A DNA stretch of 64,000 bases. Source: Eledone cirrhosa (taxonomy: Eukaryota). The stretch covers positions 248,001 through 312,000 of the forward strand of contig OZ024756.1 of NCBI GenBank assembly GCA_964016885.1. The letters are read 5' to 3'. Below the pieces are notes generated by a model that saw only the letters and a list, made by a program, of their open reading frames with translations, was not told the origin of the DNA and ran no database searches. Made by a program: the position numbers and the translations under genes. Shown piece after piece: positions 36,318-53,860 of this stretch (the stretch's first letter is position 1; every line of letters starts with the position of its first letter).

Positions 36318-36807
36318 TGTAGCCCACCTTATGATGAGCTATATCTCATGTGGCTTAGCTTATGTTAAGTCAGATCTCATGTGGCCTACCTTATAATGAG
36401 CTATATCTCATGTAGCCCACCTTATGATGAGCTATATCTCATGTGGCTTAGCTTATGTTAAGCCATATCTCATGTGGCTTAACTTATAAGCCACATCTCA
36501 TATAGCCCACCTTATGTTAAGCCATATCTTATGTGGTCTACCTTATGTTAAGCCATATCTCATGTGGCCTACCTTATGTTAAGCCATATCTCATGTGGCC
36601 CACTTTATAAGCCATATCTCATGTGGCCTAGCTTATGTTAAGCCATATCTCATGTGGCCTAGCTTATGTTAAGCCATATCTCATGTGGCCCACTTTATGA
36701 TAAGCCATATCTCATGTGGCCTAGCTTATGATAAGCCATATCTCATGTGGCCCACCTTATAATGAGCTATATCTCATGTGGTCCACCTTATAATAAGCCA
36801 TATCTCA
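36318..36807. repeat. ~30-bp minisatellite GTGGCCTAGCTTATGTTAAGCCATATCTCAT
   Basis: About 16 tandem units. Confidence 0.92.
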
Positions 36808-37744
36808 AGGTAGGGTTATTCGCAGTTTCCAGAGTGTGCCTGAAAATGCTAGCGACCCTAGGTGCCCATACTGGATTTTCAATAGCAACCTTTGCTAGGT
36901 GTGTTTATGGCAGATCAATTTTTTGTGTGCAACTATCAATAGTTGAACAAACACAGAACAATTGAGGAAGTCATCGCAATTATTGAAGAAATTATAACTG
37001 AGCGAACATATTCAGGTACTGTTCAAGCACCCTGTATATCACCGTTTGTAAAGTCCTTTGAATGACTGAAGCAATTCAATAAAACCATCCCGTTTTCCCC
37101 TATAACCTGAGAAAACACACCATAATAAGTAGGATAAACAATCAGAAGTGTTGGCCCTAAAGAGGGCCTTGTAACATTCACTGTTGCAAAGTGTCAATAA
37201 TGGGAGAGAAGTTACATCTTCTTAATTCGTGTTAATCTTCCCACGATCCAACACCTCGAAATGTTGACAAAATAAACTCTACTCTCAAAGACGGCATGTT
37301 ACAATTAACATACCGGGAGTACGAATATTCGTCAACATATGATTTGGCTTTTATTCTTCGGACTAATCTCATGGTAGGCCAACTTCCAGGTCCTTGATCA
37401 TCACACTTTCTTGTAACTTATCACTGATTCCTGCGGTTGATCTTAATGTAACCTAAGCGTGTGCACGTGTTCAGAATCCATATCAGTGGATGTGATATAT
37501 ATTTATATATATATACATAGAGACATCTGTTCAGTAGTCAACCAAAATTAGATTGTCATCCGCTTTGTTTGAAATTAAGTTGTTGCCTCGTTTTGGAGGA
37601 CTGAGTTGTGCGAGGGAGGGTTTAACATACAGTAGTAGTATCTCCTCTTCCTCCTCTCTCATTGAAACGCCTTCTCTTTCCTCCACCATTGTAAAGATGT
37701 CCCCAGGGGTTCCATTATTATTTTTATTGAAATCCAATTAGCCA

Positions 37745-40700
37745 GTCTAATTAGCCACACACACATTCAATGCCTCTCACCACCACCACAATCTTAACAA
37801 ACACACAGACACAGAAAACAGGTAATGACAGTAGCACAGAAATAAGGGAAAGTAATGGGCTTGAAAGGAGAAGGGAGACTATGGACAGAGAAAATAACCA
37901 AGACGAACACACAGACACACAAAATAGAGTAGATAATAACAATGAGCCAGAGGAAAGAGACAGGAGTAATAATGAGAGACATAGAAACAACCATGAGGCT
38001 GTTGGTGGAAATAGAAATAGAAACAACATAACTAACAATAACAATAGCACTAGTACACATAAAGCAGCAGCCTGGAACACTACTTTTTATAATCCCTCCG
38101 ATAAGTCGTTCGACCTGCGACGAGTCCACGCCACGACTTTAGCTTTTAACAAACGCACGCAACTGCCGTCGCAGGTCGATGAACAAACAGAAGCACAATT
38201 TAGTATAGCTAGATCTAAACTTAGAAATATTATAGAACAGTATAGCAAGAAGCATAATAGAATGGAGGCCCAGCAGCTGGGAGAAAAATCTGCAAATGGC
38301 CTGCGTAAGCTCATGCAGCGCTCGCGTAATGGAGAGATAGCATGCTTTCCAACAGACAAGTCTGGCAGAATGTCGGTTGACAGTCTGCCAAACTACATCC
38401 AGGCAATGCAACCCCACATCACTAACACAAGAGCATGAGGATAGAGAAAAAGCCCTCAATGCCCATATGGTGATGTGGACAAATATAATGCAGCCCAACA
38501 AAAGGGCTGCCAACAACTTCCAGGCCTGGAACAATGACGTGCCAGCGTTCTATGGGCTTCGAAAAGACCATAAAACGGGCAGTGACCCTGTCACGGGAAC
38601 ACCAACACGGCCAGTCTGTGGAGCTAACATTGCTAGTAACTACAGACTGTCCTACTTCCTCTCCCTGATCATACGCCCCATCATTGAAATGTCCCCAGAT
38701 GTATGTGACAGCACGGAGGACCTCCTCAGCAATCATCAGCGAGGGTAACCGATCTAGGGACCTAACAAACTGCATAATAGGTAGTATGGATGTTGTGTCC
38801 CTGTATCCATCTATTGACGTGGATTTTGCTGTGGAGAAATGCGTAGAAATGATCAGTGAGAGCAATGTTAAGTTCCGTGGGATTGATACCAGTGAGCTGG
38901 GACTCCTACTTAAACTTACCTATAGTAATAATTACCTAGACACTACAAGACCAGCAAGAGGCAGACCACCTACCATTACCTCAATGGCCAAGAAAACCCA
39001 CACAGATATATGGAACGGGTGGACCAGAGCCATACGGACCCCCGAAAACCACGATGAACTAAAGAAAATGATTGCACATGCGGTGGGGGCCAGCATAAAA
39101 TTAACCCTTAAGGAACATATGTTCAAATTTAATGGAAAAACATATGCCCAAGAGGAGGGAGCAGCCATTGGTGTTAGCATTGCAGGCGACATAGCTAACT
39201 TATTCATGGTATGGTGGGACAGTAGACTTAAACTTAAAGAACAATTAGAAGACCCCTTAACCCTGATAATCTACTCCCGCTACGTTGATGATATAACATC
39301 GTAGTTAAAATACCCCCACTAGAGAACAGTCAGGAATTAGAGAAAAACACAATGGAAAGCTTCCAGAAAATAGCTAACTCCATCCACCAGAGTATTAGAG
39401 TTACTATAGACGACCCAAGTAAACACCCCAACCATCGATTACCTGTACTAGACACAGCGCTCTGTTAGATACAATTAATAACAAAAAACAAATCCTCCAT
39501 TCCCATTATGCCAAACCCATGACTTCCAAATATCTGATCCATCGAAACTCAGCTGTTTCGGACCTTACCAAAATCAACATACTGATTGCGGATTTGGTAC
39601 GGGTGATGAGAAACGTGTCCCGCATGTGCAACCTCGAAGAACTAGAGAGACACATACAACACTTCATCCACCGTATGCAGTTCTCAGGCTACAATCAGAG
39701 AGATAAAATCAGAGTGTATAGAGGAGCCAGAACCAAATGGGAAAAAATGGTAAATAATGACATAAATGGGACCTGCCCCTTGTATAGGAGCAAATTTTGG
39801 AATAGAATAGAAAGAACTAGGAATAAGAAAGAACTAGGAATAAGACTAATAGAATAAACTCATGGTATGATAGCAATACATACCAGAGTGTAATGTTCAT
39901 CGATACAACCCCTAGAGGTGAATTAGCTTACAAATTGAGAAGGGCCCTAGATAAACATAAACTCAATATTAAGATAGTAGAAAGACCAGGTACCTCCATA
40001 AAAACACTTATTAGAAAGACATACCCTTTTCAAAGACCCCCCTGTATAGATAAGAAATGTATAACCTGTAAAATAAGCCCCCATATTAACTGTAAAACTA
40101 GAAATGTAGTATATAGCATAAGATGTACTGAAGGAAAATGTAGAGATAAAAATATAGTGTACATAGGTGAGACAGCTCGTAGTGTAGGGGAACGGATAAA
40201 TGAACAGTGGTGAGACCTTCAAGATAGTAAAGAATCATCTGTACTCTACCAACATACTAAAATAGAACATAAGGGTAAATTAGAGAACATAGAAATAAAA
40301 ATAGAATCTACACAGAAAAGATGCAATGTTTAGACAAATCACAGAGGCAGTAAACATAAAAGAATTACAACCAAAATTAAATAGAAAACATGAGTGGAAC
40401 AGCAACAACACAACTTACAATTAAGGAGAAAATGAAAACACACGCACATAGAACAAACAACCAACCAGTAACATGTAAATAAACAAATAAATAAACGAAT
40501 ATAAACACACACAGACACCCGGATGTGGCGCATGCGCAGACTGAGCACACCACACACACACACACAGAAACAAGATGGCGTAGGACAGAACAAAGGAGAG
40601 GCACAAAAACAAAGAAAAAATCCTCAGTCACTGAAGAGGTCACAGAATGTGTGACGAAAGAACTTTGACAATATATAAAGAACCATCTGATTGTGGAACC

Positions 40701-40875
40701 AATCAACCAGAAATTTATAAATTCCTAAATTTATAAATTTATTATAATAAATTGAAGTGAAAACAACTGGTGCGTGTGTTTCTTATTGGCAACATGACCC
40801 TCCCTAAGTATAACAATATCGGTTCCAACACACGTTTTCAGATAAAGAATCTTGCTAAACAAATTCAGAAACGAA
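37745..40875 (+). mobile_element. Decayed PLE family 2 copy (frameshifts and stops) with 3' pLTR and tail
   Basis: Fragments PTDKSG, FYGLRKDHK..TRPVC, SMDVVSLYPSI, GAAIG, YVDD, CIDKKCITC, NVVYSIRC..YIGETARS. Homologous to 22921-24958. Confidence 0.9.
40627..40669 (+). ncRNA. Minimal hammerhead motif in PLE family 2 pLTR
   Basis: GTCA-CTGAAGA-G-GTCACA-GAATG-TGTGAC-GAAA-GAAC-TT-TGAC. Confidence 0.72.
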
Positions 40876-40876
40876 A

Positions 40877-40912
<36 letters not shown>

Positions 40913-40980
40913 TGTATGTATGTATGTATGTATGTATGTATGTATGTGTATATATATATGTATGTATGTATGTATATGTA

Positions 40981-41013
<33 letters not shown>

Positions 41014-41210
41014 ATGTATATATATATATATCTATGTATGTATGTATGTATGTATGTATGTATGTATGTATGTATGTATGTATGTATGTATGTATGTATG
41101 TATGTATGTATGTATGTATGTATGTATGTATGTATGTATGTATGTATGTATGTATGTATGTATGTATGTATGTATGTATGTATGTATGTATGTATATATA
41201 TATATGTATG

Positions 41211-41267
<57 letters not shown>

Positions 41268-41303
41268 CTATGTATGTATGTATGTATGTATGTATATGTA
41301 TAT
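40877..41303. repeat. (TATG)n/(TA)n microsatellite
   Basis: Directly visible. Confidence 0.97.
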
Positions 41304-41304
41304 T

Positions 41305-45088
<3,784 letters not shown>

Positions 45089-45119
45089 GTATATATATAT
45101 ATATATGTATATATATATG

Positions 45120-45155
<36 letters not shown>

Positions 45156-45229
45156 TATGTATATCTATATATATATATGTATATATATATGTATATCTAT
45201 ATATATATATATGTGTATATATATATGTG

Positions 45230-45334
<105 letters not shown>

Positions 45335-45401
45335 GTGTATATATATATATATATATATGTGTATATATATATATGTGTATATATATATATATATATATGT
45401 G

Positions 45402-45434
<33 letters not shown>

Positions 45435-45437
45435 GTG

Positions 45438-45472
<35 letters not shown>

Positions 45473-45481
45473 GTGTATATA

Positions 45482-45552
<71 letters not shown>

Positions 45553-45558
<6 letters not shown>

Positions 45559-45884
45559 AGATCAAAAGATGGTTAAAGGAGTTCCATGTATTTTATTATG
45601 CGCATTTCAAAAACAAACATCATCATGCAATAATATTTGTGTTTTCATCAGATAAAACAGGAGAACATGATATGAAGGCTAAAAAACACTTGTGGATAGT
45701 GCAGTTTTAAATCAACATATGTTGATTTAAAACTGCACTATCCACAAGTGTTTTTTAGCCTTCATATCATGTTCTCCTGTTTTATCTGATGAAAACACAA
45801 ATATTATTGCATGATGATGTTTGTTTTTGAAATGCGCATAATAAAATACATGGAACTCCTTTAACCATCTTTTGATCTTATATT
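45553..45884. repeat. Perfect spacer-less palindrome (~166-bp arms) with hammerheads; unique tail to ~45972
   Basis: Centre ..ATCAACAT|ATGTTGAT.. at 45718/45719. Confidence 0.92.
45780..45846 (+). ncRNA. Type I hammerhead ribozyme
   Basis: TTTTAT-CTGATGA-AA..ACAAATATTAT/ATGATGTTTGT..TT-GAAA-TGCGCA-TA-ATAAAA. Stem III is palindromic. Confidence 0.83.
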
Positions 45885-46017
45885 ATGCATACTCCAGTCC
45901 TACAAACTGTAGAGTGCTTCTTATCCGATATCTGCATTGCTTTATTGTACTACAATAAAACTCACCTCCTACATATATATGTATATATATATATATGTAT
46001 ATATATATATGTGTATG

Positions 46018-46068
<51 letters not shown>

Positions 46069-46085
46069 GTATATATATATATGTG

Positions 46086-46116
<31 letters not shown>

Positions 46117-46267
46117 GTATATATATATATGTATATATATATATGTATATATATATATGTGTATATATATATGTATGTATGTATATATATGTATGTATGT
46201 ATATATATGTATGTATGTATATATATATATGTATGTATATATATATATGTATATATTTATATATATG

Positions 46268-46300
<33 letters not shown>

Positions 46301-46411
46301 GTGTATATATATATATGTGTATATATATATATATATGTGTATATATATATATATGTATATATATATATGTGTATATATATATGTGTATATATATATATGT
46401 ATATATATGTG

Positions 46412-46474
<63 letters not shown>

Positions 46475-46519
46475 GTATATATATATATGTGTATATATAT
46501 ATATGTATATATATATGTG

Positions 46520-46550
<31 letters not shown>

Positions 46551-46633
46551 GTATATATATATATATGTATATATATATATGTATATATATACATATATAT
46601 GTATATATATACATATATATGTATATATATATG

Positions 46634-46664
<31 letters not shown>

Positions 46665-46707
46665 GTATATGTATATATATATATATGTATATGTATATAT
46701 ATATATG

Positions 46708-46756
<49 letters not shown>

Positions 46757-46787
46757 GTATATATATATGTGTATATATATATATATG

Positions 46788-46832
<45 letters not shown>

Positions 46833-46847
46833 ATGTATATATATATG

Positions 46848-46897
<50 letters not shown>

Positions 46898-46917
46898 TGT
46901 GTATATATATATATGTG

Positions 46918-46986
<69 letters not shown>

Positions 46987-47239
46987 GTATATATATATGT
47001 ATATGTATATATATATATGTATGTATATATATATATATGTATGTATATATATATATATGTATATATATATATGTATATGTATATATATATATGTATGTAT
47101 ATATATATATATATATGTATGTATATATATATATGTATATATGTATATATATATATATGTGTATATATATATATATATATGTGTATATATATATATATAT
47201 ATGTGTATATATATATATGTGTATATATATATATATGTG

Positions 47240-47288
<49 letters not shown>

Positions 47289-47364
47289 GTGTATATATAT
47301 ATATGTATATATATATGTATATATATATATGTGTATATATATATATATATGTGTATATATATAT

Positions 47365-47404
<40 letters not shown>

Positions 47405-47535
47405 GTGTATATATATATGTGTATATATATATATGTATATATATATGTGTATATATATATATGTATATATATATGTGTATATATATATATGTATATATAT
47501 ATATGTATATATATATATATGTATATATATATATG

Positions 47536-47566
<31 letters not shown>

Positions 47567-47576
47567 GTATATATAA

Positions 47577-49795
47577 TTCAAGCATGTTTTACAACGTGAG
47601 GACCAGAAACAGGAGGTATTCAAGATTGCGAGGCAGTGTGTCAGAGATAGTTGTGATGTCATTGGAGAGAAGTGTATCCGGAATGATAAAGGTGAGCTTG
47701 CCCTCACAAGTGCTGAGAAGAAAGATGCATGGAAGAGTCATTATGATAGATTACTAAATGAGGAGAATGCATGGGAAGAAGAGACCCTACCCCACGTAGA
47801 CCCTATAGAGGGACCAGCAGTACAAGTCAGCGGCAGCGTAGTAAGTAAGGCAATCAGAGATATGAAGATAGGGAAGGCAACCGGTCCATCGGGTATAGCT
47901 GCCGAGATGCTGAAGGCATCTGGGTCTGTAGGTCACACTATAACCACACGTATCGTTAACCAGGTAATACTAGAGGGGGCCATACCAAAAGATTGGTGCA
48001 GTAGCATCATTGTCAACTGCTACAAAGGTAAAGGCGATGCACTAGATAGAGGAAACTATAGAGGTATAAAGTTGATGGACCAGGTCATGAAAGTAACAGA
48101 AAGAGTTATAGCACAGCTGATTAGGGACCGGGTGAATATAGACGAGATGCAATTTGGGTTTGTTCCAGGGAAAGGCACCACTGATGCGCTCTTCCTTGTG
48201 AGGCAATTACAGGAAAAGTACCTAGCTAAAAGTAAGCCACTCTACTTGGCATTTGTCGACCTTGAGAAAGCCTTTGACAGAGTTCCACGTGCAGTAATCT
48301 GGTGGGCTCTTAGAAAACTAGGAGTAGATGAATGGCTTGTGAAAGCGGTACAAGCCATGTATAGGGGAGCAGTCAGCAAAGTTAGGATTGGCAATGAGTA
48401 TAGCGAGGAATTTAGCGTACAGGTTGGGGTCCACCAGGGCTCTGTTCTTAGCCCTCTCCTGTTCATCATAGTCCTGCAGGCAATAACGGAGGAGTTTAAG
48501 ACCGGATGCCCATGGGAACTCCTGTATGCTGATGACCTCGCACTCATAGCTGAATCTATGGTAGAACTAGAGAATAAATTCCAAACCTGGAAGCAGGGAC
48601 TAGAGAGAAAGGGCCTCAAAGTCAACATGACAAAGACTAAGGTCCTTATAAGTAGACGAGAAAACAGAACCCAGATCCCCTCAGGGAAATGGCCTTGCTC
48701 AGTATGTAGGAAAGGTGTAGGTAGGAACTCCATTCTTTGCCCCAAATGCAAACAATGGGTACACAAGAGATGTAGCGGGATCTCAGGAAGCTTAATTAAG
48801 AATGTAGGATTCACATGCAGCAGCTGTGCTGAAACAGCAAGCAAACAGCCACAGGAAACAAGTACCACCAATCTCTGGGAGGGCCCTGTAGAAACAGTAG
48901 ACAGCTTCTGCTACCTAGGTGACCGAATTAGCAACGGAGGTGGGTGCTCAGAAAGTACAATAACTAGGGTAAGAACGGGATGGAAGAAGTTTAGGGAACT
49001 ACTACCACTGCTAGCTGCAAAAGGCTTCTCCCTCAGAATGAAAGGCAGACTGTATGATGCGTGTATCCGAACAGCGATGTTGCATGGTAGTGAGACCTGG
49101 GCGCTGAAGGTGGAAGACTTACGTAGATTAGAGAGAAACGAAGCCTGCATGCTCCGATGGATGTGTAACAGTAATATACGTGAACGACAAAGCATAAATG
49201 AATTGAGAGAGAGACTGAGCATAAGAGGAATCAAATGCTGCGTGCAGGAGAGGCGGTTACGCTGGTATGGACATGTGATGCGTATGAAGGATGACAGCTG
49301 CATAAAAAGGTGCAGAGCACTAGAAGTTGATGGAAACCGCGGAGTGGGGAGACCCAAGATGACTTGGGATGAGGTGATAAAAGCCGACCTTACCCAACTA
49401 CACCTCTCAAAGTCAATGACACACGACCGTGACTTCTGGCGTCACGCAGTAATACAGGGTACCCGACCTCCCATGGGTACATGCTGAAGCATATAAACAA
49501 TATGCCCCCCCTCCCACCCCCACCGCAAGGTGGTCGTGGAGGTGCCACGGCAAAAAAGCACCCAGCCCACACTGTAAAGTGGACGTGTAGGCGCCACGAA
49601 AAAGCACCCAGCACTCACTGTAAATGAGGTTGGTGTTAGGAAGGGCATCCAGCTGTAGAAATCAAGCCAGATCAGTTCCTGTATGAGCAAGGCATGGTCA
49701 GCCGACCAGACACTGCCCACAACAGGACAACCCGTCTAACCCATGCTAGCGTGGAAGAACGGACGTAAAACGGTGATGATGATGATGATGATGAT
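47577..49795 (+). mobile_element. 5'-truncated RTE, diverged family B (ORF 47862-49487)
   Basis: Same RT motifs and PHD finger with many substitutions. Different 3' UTR. (GAT)n tail. Confidence 0.93.
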
Positions 49796-49896
49796 ATGTG
49801 TATATATATATATATATGTGTATATATATACATGTGTATATATATATGTGTATATATATATGTGTATATATATATATATGTGTATATATATATGTG

Positions 49897-49927
<31 letters not shown>

Positions 49928-49962
49928 GTGTATATATATATATATGTGTATATATATATATG

Positions 49963-49996
<34 letters not shown>

Positions 49997-50002
49997 TGTG
50001 TG

Positions 50003-50033
<31 letters not shown>

Positions 50034-50266
50034 GTGTATATATATATATATATGTGTATATATATATATGTGTATATATATATGTGTGTACATATATATA
50101 TATGTGTGTGTATATATATATATGTGTATATATATATGTGTATATATATATATGTGTATATATATATATATGTATATATATATATGTATATATATATGTG
50201 TGTATATATATATATGTATATGTATATATATATATAAGTATATATATATGTATATATATATATATG

Positions 50267-50313
<47 letters not shown>

Positions 50314-50358
50314 GTATATGTATATATATATATACATATGTATATATATATACATATG

Positions 50359-50405
<47 letters not shown>

Positions 50406-50425
50406 GTGTATATATATATATATAT

Positions 50426-52922
50426 ACTAGCAGAAGTACCCGGCACTGCCCGGGTGTAAGTCGACCTTTGGTCTGTTAGAATGTGTGAAAGTTACTTCCC
50501 GCGCACCACAGGTTCAAAACTTTGAACTTCAATGGAAAAAAATAGGTTTGTAGACACAGGTGTGTAATTTATTAATTGTAGTTACACAGTGTATCGTTGA
50601 AATTGTTCTCTGCACGACTGACGGAAGTCAAAATCGCTTGATATTGAATGTTCAGTTAATTTAAAGCAGGGTGAAAATGTCGATTACTTTCAGGGGTTTA
50701 TTTTTTAAAAATTTTTGCGCTCACATGTGCAGAAGAAGAATTAAAAGGGCCTTTATCTTAACCGCGGCATAATGGTGAGTCTTTTGTGACAGTTTTCAAG
50801 AATATAGGACGTTCCTGTAAAAAGTTTTCCCATGTGTAACTTTGCCTTGTTTTTTTGCGCAAAGTCGAGCCCCGCTTCAGTTTTATTGATTTTTTACATC
50901 AATGCGTGATCTCTGAAGTAGATTTGAGTAGCTAAAAACCTGTCCCGGTAAATTTGCTATAGGTGAAAAAATTGTATCTAGGGTTATTGCCCTTTGCCAC
51001 AGCCTCAAGCCTCGTCTGACGGGATGTTGGTGATTCCTCCATCAGCGCTTGTTGGCGATGAAGGCGAACATCAGCAAGCCTTGTCGTACATGATGTTGGT
51101 GACTCAACCAGCCGGGAAAGACGTCTATCAGCGAGTTGAGATTCGCGCTCAGCAGGTGTTTCCTAGAGAAAATTAATTAATTCTACTGGTTAGCTAAGCC
51201 AATGGCAGTGTCAATAGTAAATGAGAAAAGTCTAACATGAACAAAAGGGAATCAAGGTAAGACAATAAATTTAATATAACTACGATTAGAATGTTGTAGT
51301 TGCTTAAAAGTGGTGACAGTTAGGATAAACGCAGTACTTGCTAACATTAAGGGAGAATATTGCATAAAGGATTAATCAATTGTGAATGAACTCATACCAG
51401 AGAATGCCTAATTCGTTGTCTCAAAGCAATAGCTGTACCTTTTTTGGAGGTAAGTCTTGAACGTTTCCGTGTGGGCATAACAACGCTGTTAGGTTAGAGA
51501 GAGGTGATTAAATACAGAGAGAGATGACACCAGATTCGTTAGCATAGTTACTGGTGAATGGGAAGGTTTGGAAATATGATTACAATAACTTACCGAATTT
51601 TCCCGTCTATAAATTGCACTTAAAATAATTAAATTTAATCAAAAAACAGCTCTGCGCTTTATACTCCGGTGAGCCTTATGTATAAATAATACAATGGTAA
51701 TCAATCACGGCTCTAACAGAAGTAATAGATCTAGACTAAAAGTAAAGAAGATAGCATTTTCTGGTTGGCCTTACACGCCGTTGCGCGGACGTGATTTTAA
51801 ATGATACGCCTTATATCCTGGTGAGCCTTATAGAGCGGAAAATATCTATTGGAAAAGAATACGAATTCATGACCAAGGTGTGACAAAATAGGCGTCGATA
51901 CAGCGCCTGAAACAAACTTGTCCAAAACCCTAGGATTTTTCTCGTTAAGTATCCACCCAAAAGGAACCGTTTTTTAGTTACAAAAAATAACCAAAGTGTA
52001 TAGTAGCTATATTTCTGACATATCATGCCAAAAAGAACAATATATTCAAAAAATGTTCTAAAGTACATTCAATCTCTCTTTTTGACCGATATCTTAATAA
52101 GCAAGTTATCGATTTTTTATTGGCTGTCAGTGTCTATCTGCATGCAGGTGTGCACGTGTGCGCAATTAATTGCAAATACGCTCATAACATTTAGTCGTAA
52201 GCAGAACAAAAAATGCCATTAGAGGTGGGCTAATAATGAAGACACAAACCCTGGTGAACTTACGTTTAAACACCCGAAAAGTTACTCATTTCCTGTGCAA
52301 AAGACTGTATTATAAATTAAGTAATTTTTTAGAATCTTTTGTTTAAAAAAGGAAAACATTGGTACAACGTAAATTTTTTTCCTTGTATTGTATGTGTACA
52401 ACACAACTTGGTCAACGTATTATTTAGTAATTTTTTTTTCAAAAAGCATGATTATTTAAGACTGTTTGAAAATTTACTCACAGCTTTTAGGTTCACAAAA
52501 GACACCATTAAATTTGGTTCCCTTTTCAGATAGGGATAATACTGTATTTCCACTTGAATAAGGTGGAATATGAAAAGATAAACTCTTTAATGGTCTGTCG
52601 TTTACTGAGACAGCTGGGAAGACATGCAGCTGGCCGTCCAATCAATAACGCACATCCTTATATGGGCATATGAAATTTATTTTCGTTGCGCCAGATGTAA
52701 ACTAAGAGTTCTTGTGTTCGAATTCACATAACATTTCATTGGAATCAAAAAACATTCTGTCATAGGGCCCGATTATCGATTTTTCGAAAATTTCAAGTAG
52801 CCTATTCCCCTCTACGCGGTGAGTTTTATATATGTGTGAGGTTTCATGAAAATTGGATGAATGGTGTAGCATGCAAGTTCGGTACACTAAACAATGTCCA
52901 TCTTCCCTTTATATATATAGAT
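50426..52922 (+). mobile_element. 2.5-kb non-autonomous Helentron/DINE-like element
   Basis: Starts ACTAGCAGAAGTACCCGGCACTGCCCGGG and ends CCCTTTATATATATAGAT. Same terminal pattern as 27679-28253. Confidence 0.65.
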
Positions 52923-52979
52923 ATATGTATATATATATACATATGTATATATATATATATGTATATATATACATATGTT

Positions 52980-53012
<33 letters not shown>

Positions 53013-53049
53013 GCGTATATATGTATATATATATATATATATATGCGTA

Positions 53050-53089
<40 letters not shown>

Positions 53090-53368
53090 TATATACATAT
53101 GTATATATATATATAAATGTATATATATATATATAAATGTATATATATATATATAAATGTATATATATATATATATAAATGTATATATATATATATATAA
53201 ATGTATATATATATATATATAAATGTATATATATATATATATAAATGTATAAATGTATATATATATATAAATGTATAAATGTATATATATATATAAATGT
53301 ATATATATATATAAATGTATATATATATAAATGTATATATATATATATAAATGTATATATATATATAA

Positions 53369-53454
<86 letters not shown>

Positions 53455-53469
53455 GTATATATATATGTT

Positions 53470-53860
53470 GTGTCAGGTCACCAGTTGGTGCTATTGGTAA
53501 CATGTATCCCAGTACAACCTGTCTCATGGTCGGGTCGTTGGCGACTAAACTGGCAACCCCACCAAGGTTTCTTGGTGAGGAGGGTGGCTTTGGACATCCT
53601 GCGGGACTAAAAACAAAACCTGTCAAAAGGCAAAGGGGCTCTTAAGAGTCGATAGCCATCCAAAATCACCGGGAGAGATGACCACTTAGACTTTGTCAAG
53701 GCAGAATTCTAGGAGAAGGAAAACTCTGATATAACACCTGCAACCCTGATGGTATCCAATGATGTTGAATTGTTCTTCTTTTTGGTAAATATCATCTTGG
53801 TTAAGAGAGTGGGACTGGCTTGTGCAGTGCCTTTGCTCACTATAAAAGCTTCACAGCACA
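53470..53860 (+). mobile_element. 3'-truncated copy of the bipartite RTE-derived element
   Basis: Closely similar to 57033-57423. Confidence 0.85.

Noticed and set aside
36810-37495. Possible host exon or transposase remnant
   Set aside because: It has only short open frames with no recognisable motif.
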